The translations under genes and the position numbers were made by a program. From contig NW_026250413.1 in assembly GCF_024521635.1 (NCBI RefSeq), positions 868,001 to 932,000 of the forward strand: a stretch of 64,000 bases of DNA. The letters are read 5' to 3'. This stretch comes from Tricharina praecox. Its lineage: Eukaryota. Below, piece by piece: positions 62,201 to 64,000 of this stretch. Position 1 is the stretch's first letter; each line of letters starts with the position of its first letter. The notes beneath the pieces are model-generated. The model made no database searches. It was not told the DNA's origin and worked only from the letters and a program-made list of their open reading frames with translations.

Positions 62201-63360
62201 GCCGCTGCCAACGCCCTCCATCCAGCTCGCCCCTCGCTCGCCCCTTCATCCCCCCAACTCGCGATCGACTCGGTCTGACCCTGACATCCCGAGAGAGAAT
62301 CACCACCCCCGCCGGAAATGCGCTGTGTGTGACGGGCGCATTCTCCACCCTCCTTTGTTTGGTTTCGCGGAAAGAGTAAGAGAGAGAGAGAGAGAGTGAG
62401 GGGAATTTTGTTTTTCGCGACCGCGACTCTGCACCGCACCGCACCGCTCTCTGCAGCCACCTACTTCCTATCTTCCATACATACCAATCCGCTCCCAACA
62501 CAACATTCATTCGCAACACCGAATCCACCACAACCCACCAACGAAGCAGCCCTTCTCTCCCTCCCGCAGCCACCACCACCACATCCACCGCATCCACATC
62601 CACTGCCAACCACACACACCATTCTCCGCCATTCATCCACACAACACCCCATACCCTCACCTCATCCTCTCTCCCTTTTGACACGACGACACGATCTAAA
62701 AAAAATACATCCGAATAGCTCCCCGACAGCGAACTTCTCCTGCAAGTTCCGTCGAGTGACTAAATCCAATCACATACCCTCCCGCAGTTCCAAATACTTC
62801 TGGAGAAGAAAAAAAGAAAAGAAGAGAGAAAAAGGCCAACTACTTCCTGCTCGACTGCTGTCCTGTCACTGATTGCTACCTGACGCGCCACGATTTTATT
62901 TTTTCCTTCTCCATCTTGACGTCTTCTCCTTCTTCGGCTTCTTCTGCTTCTTCTGCTTCATATTCGGCCTCGGATCGAACTCGCGCGCATTGCTGGTATT
63001 AACGACGAAACGAAAAAAACAACTTCGAAAAATTCCCCCCGATAACGAATCTCTTCTTCTCGCTGTACTATTAGAACGAAGACCTACGAATCTTGAAACG
63101 ACCCACAACTTAACCTTACATTCTCCAGCTCGACCAACCCCCCTCTCTTATCCCATCTACGATTGTGCATACCATTCCCACATTGGCTACAGCTACCGTT
63201 CTCTAATCGCCAGCTCACACGTCGCCGCTCAACGCTGTAACGGATCGCTGGGGGAATCGCCCATTCCGCCCACCCCACGCACACACCCACATATCCACAC
63301 ACCAGCTACCCCCCCAACCCACGCGAAAATCAACACGACACAGGTAGCACTCTGGACAGC

Positions 63361-64000
63361 ATGGCAAGCCGCTTGGATATAGCGGTGCAGGCGCTCCATC
63401 GTCGTGCAGACACAGTCGAATGCTGGGACGATGACCCAGACTTCGCCGAACTAGACCAGATCCAGCATCCCCCGGCCACTGCTACGACACCTACGACAAC
63501 GACGGCGCCGGCGCGCGCAGGTGCAGACTACTATCGCCGTGAGCCTTCCTCCGCCGTCTCGAGTCGGAGATCCACCATCACATCCGCCTACGACCTTGAC
63601 GCCCTCGAGGTTGCCGACCGCGAACACCAAATTCCTTTCGACGGCTCGCCCGCCGCTGCGATCAAGTCCGCTCAGTCCGCGGGTATCCCCATACCCGAAA
63701 ACGTTCCCTTATCGGCCCTCGTTGGCGGCACCATCAAACGGTTAGGACCCAGCACCAGAGCAAGGAAGGTCACGATGCACGACGACTGGGGCGAAGATCT
63801 GGAGTTCCCCTCCATGGGAGATGCCTTCACCGTCAAGACGAAGGAATTTCCACAGTCGCTACATCACATGCCGAGCAAAGGCAAAGGCATCCGGAATATT
63901 TCGCCGTCGAGGGTGAATCTCTTGCCCGTGACGAATGCAAGCGAACAACTCAACAAGTTCCGAGACATGCCTGAGGATGAGATGTTTTTCGGTGAGTGCG
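63361..64000 (+). CDS. Byr4-like cytokinesis/septation regulator, 5' part (runs off the window, absent from the ORF track)
   Basis: Open frame from ATG 63361 with VECWDDDPDF, AGIPIPENVPLSALVGGTIKRLG and DDWGEDLEFP, motifs I recall from filamentous-fungal Byr4 homologues. Confidence 0.75.
   Translation, partial: MASRLDIAVQALHRRADTVECWDDDPDFAELDQIQHPPATATTPTTTTAPARAGADYYRREPSSAVSSRRSTITSAYDLDALEVADREHQIPFDGSPAAAIKSAQSAGIPIPENVPLSALVGGTIKRLGPSTRARKVTMHDDWGEDLEFPSMGDAFTVKTKEFPQSLHHMPSKGKGIRNISPSRVNLLPVTNASEQLNKFRDMPEDEMFFGEC

Noticed and set aside
59900..63300. Many short ORFs and simple repeats such as (CAGAGAGCA)n upstream of the Byr4-like gene
   Set aside because: Low-complexity intergenic or leader DNA with no coding signature.

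Overview
Genomic DNA from a filamentous ascomycete: short GT-AG introns with CTRAY branch points. A Pezizomycetes-like origin is only an impression. 1-7.2 kb is a retrotransposon nest. It holds the end of an unrelated LTR, the 3' end of a Ty3/Gypsy chromovirus, and a second full-length but lesioned chromovirus that shares the middle LTR. That element has a self-priming PBS and an intact -1 frameshift signal. 8-48.6 kb is mostly housekeeping genes: HDA1/Clr3, a helicase-only POLQ/HELQ-like protein, an MFS sugar porter, a small secreted Cys protein, HAS1, a PPTase, a mitochondrial carrier-like protein, an aldo-keto reductase, EMC7, a Puf4-type Pumilio, ORC5, a DCAF4-like WD40 protein, ARMC8/Vid28 and DYS1. 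49-57.6 kb is an accessory island with a frameshifted Cys/His + P-loop NTPase + PD-(D/E)xK nuclease gene, a fold-back of two Copia integrase fragments, and a deaminase-fold gene lacking the catalytic Glu. The window ends with a Cof-type HAD hydrolase and the 5' end of a Byr4-like gene. All assignments come from motif recognition by eye; no searches were run.
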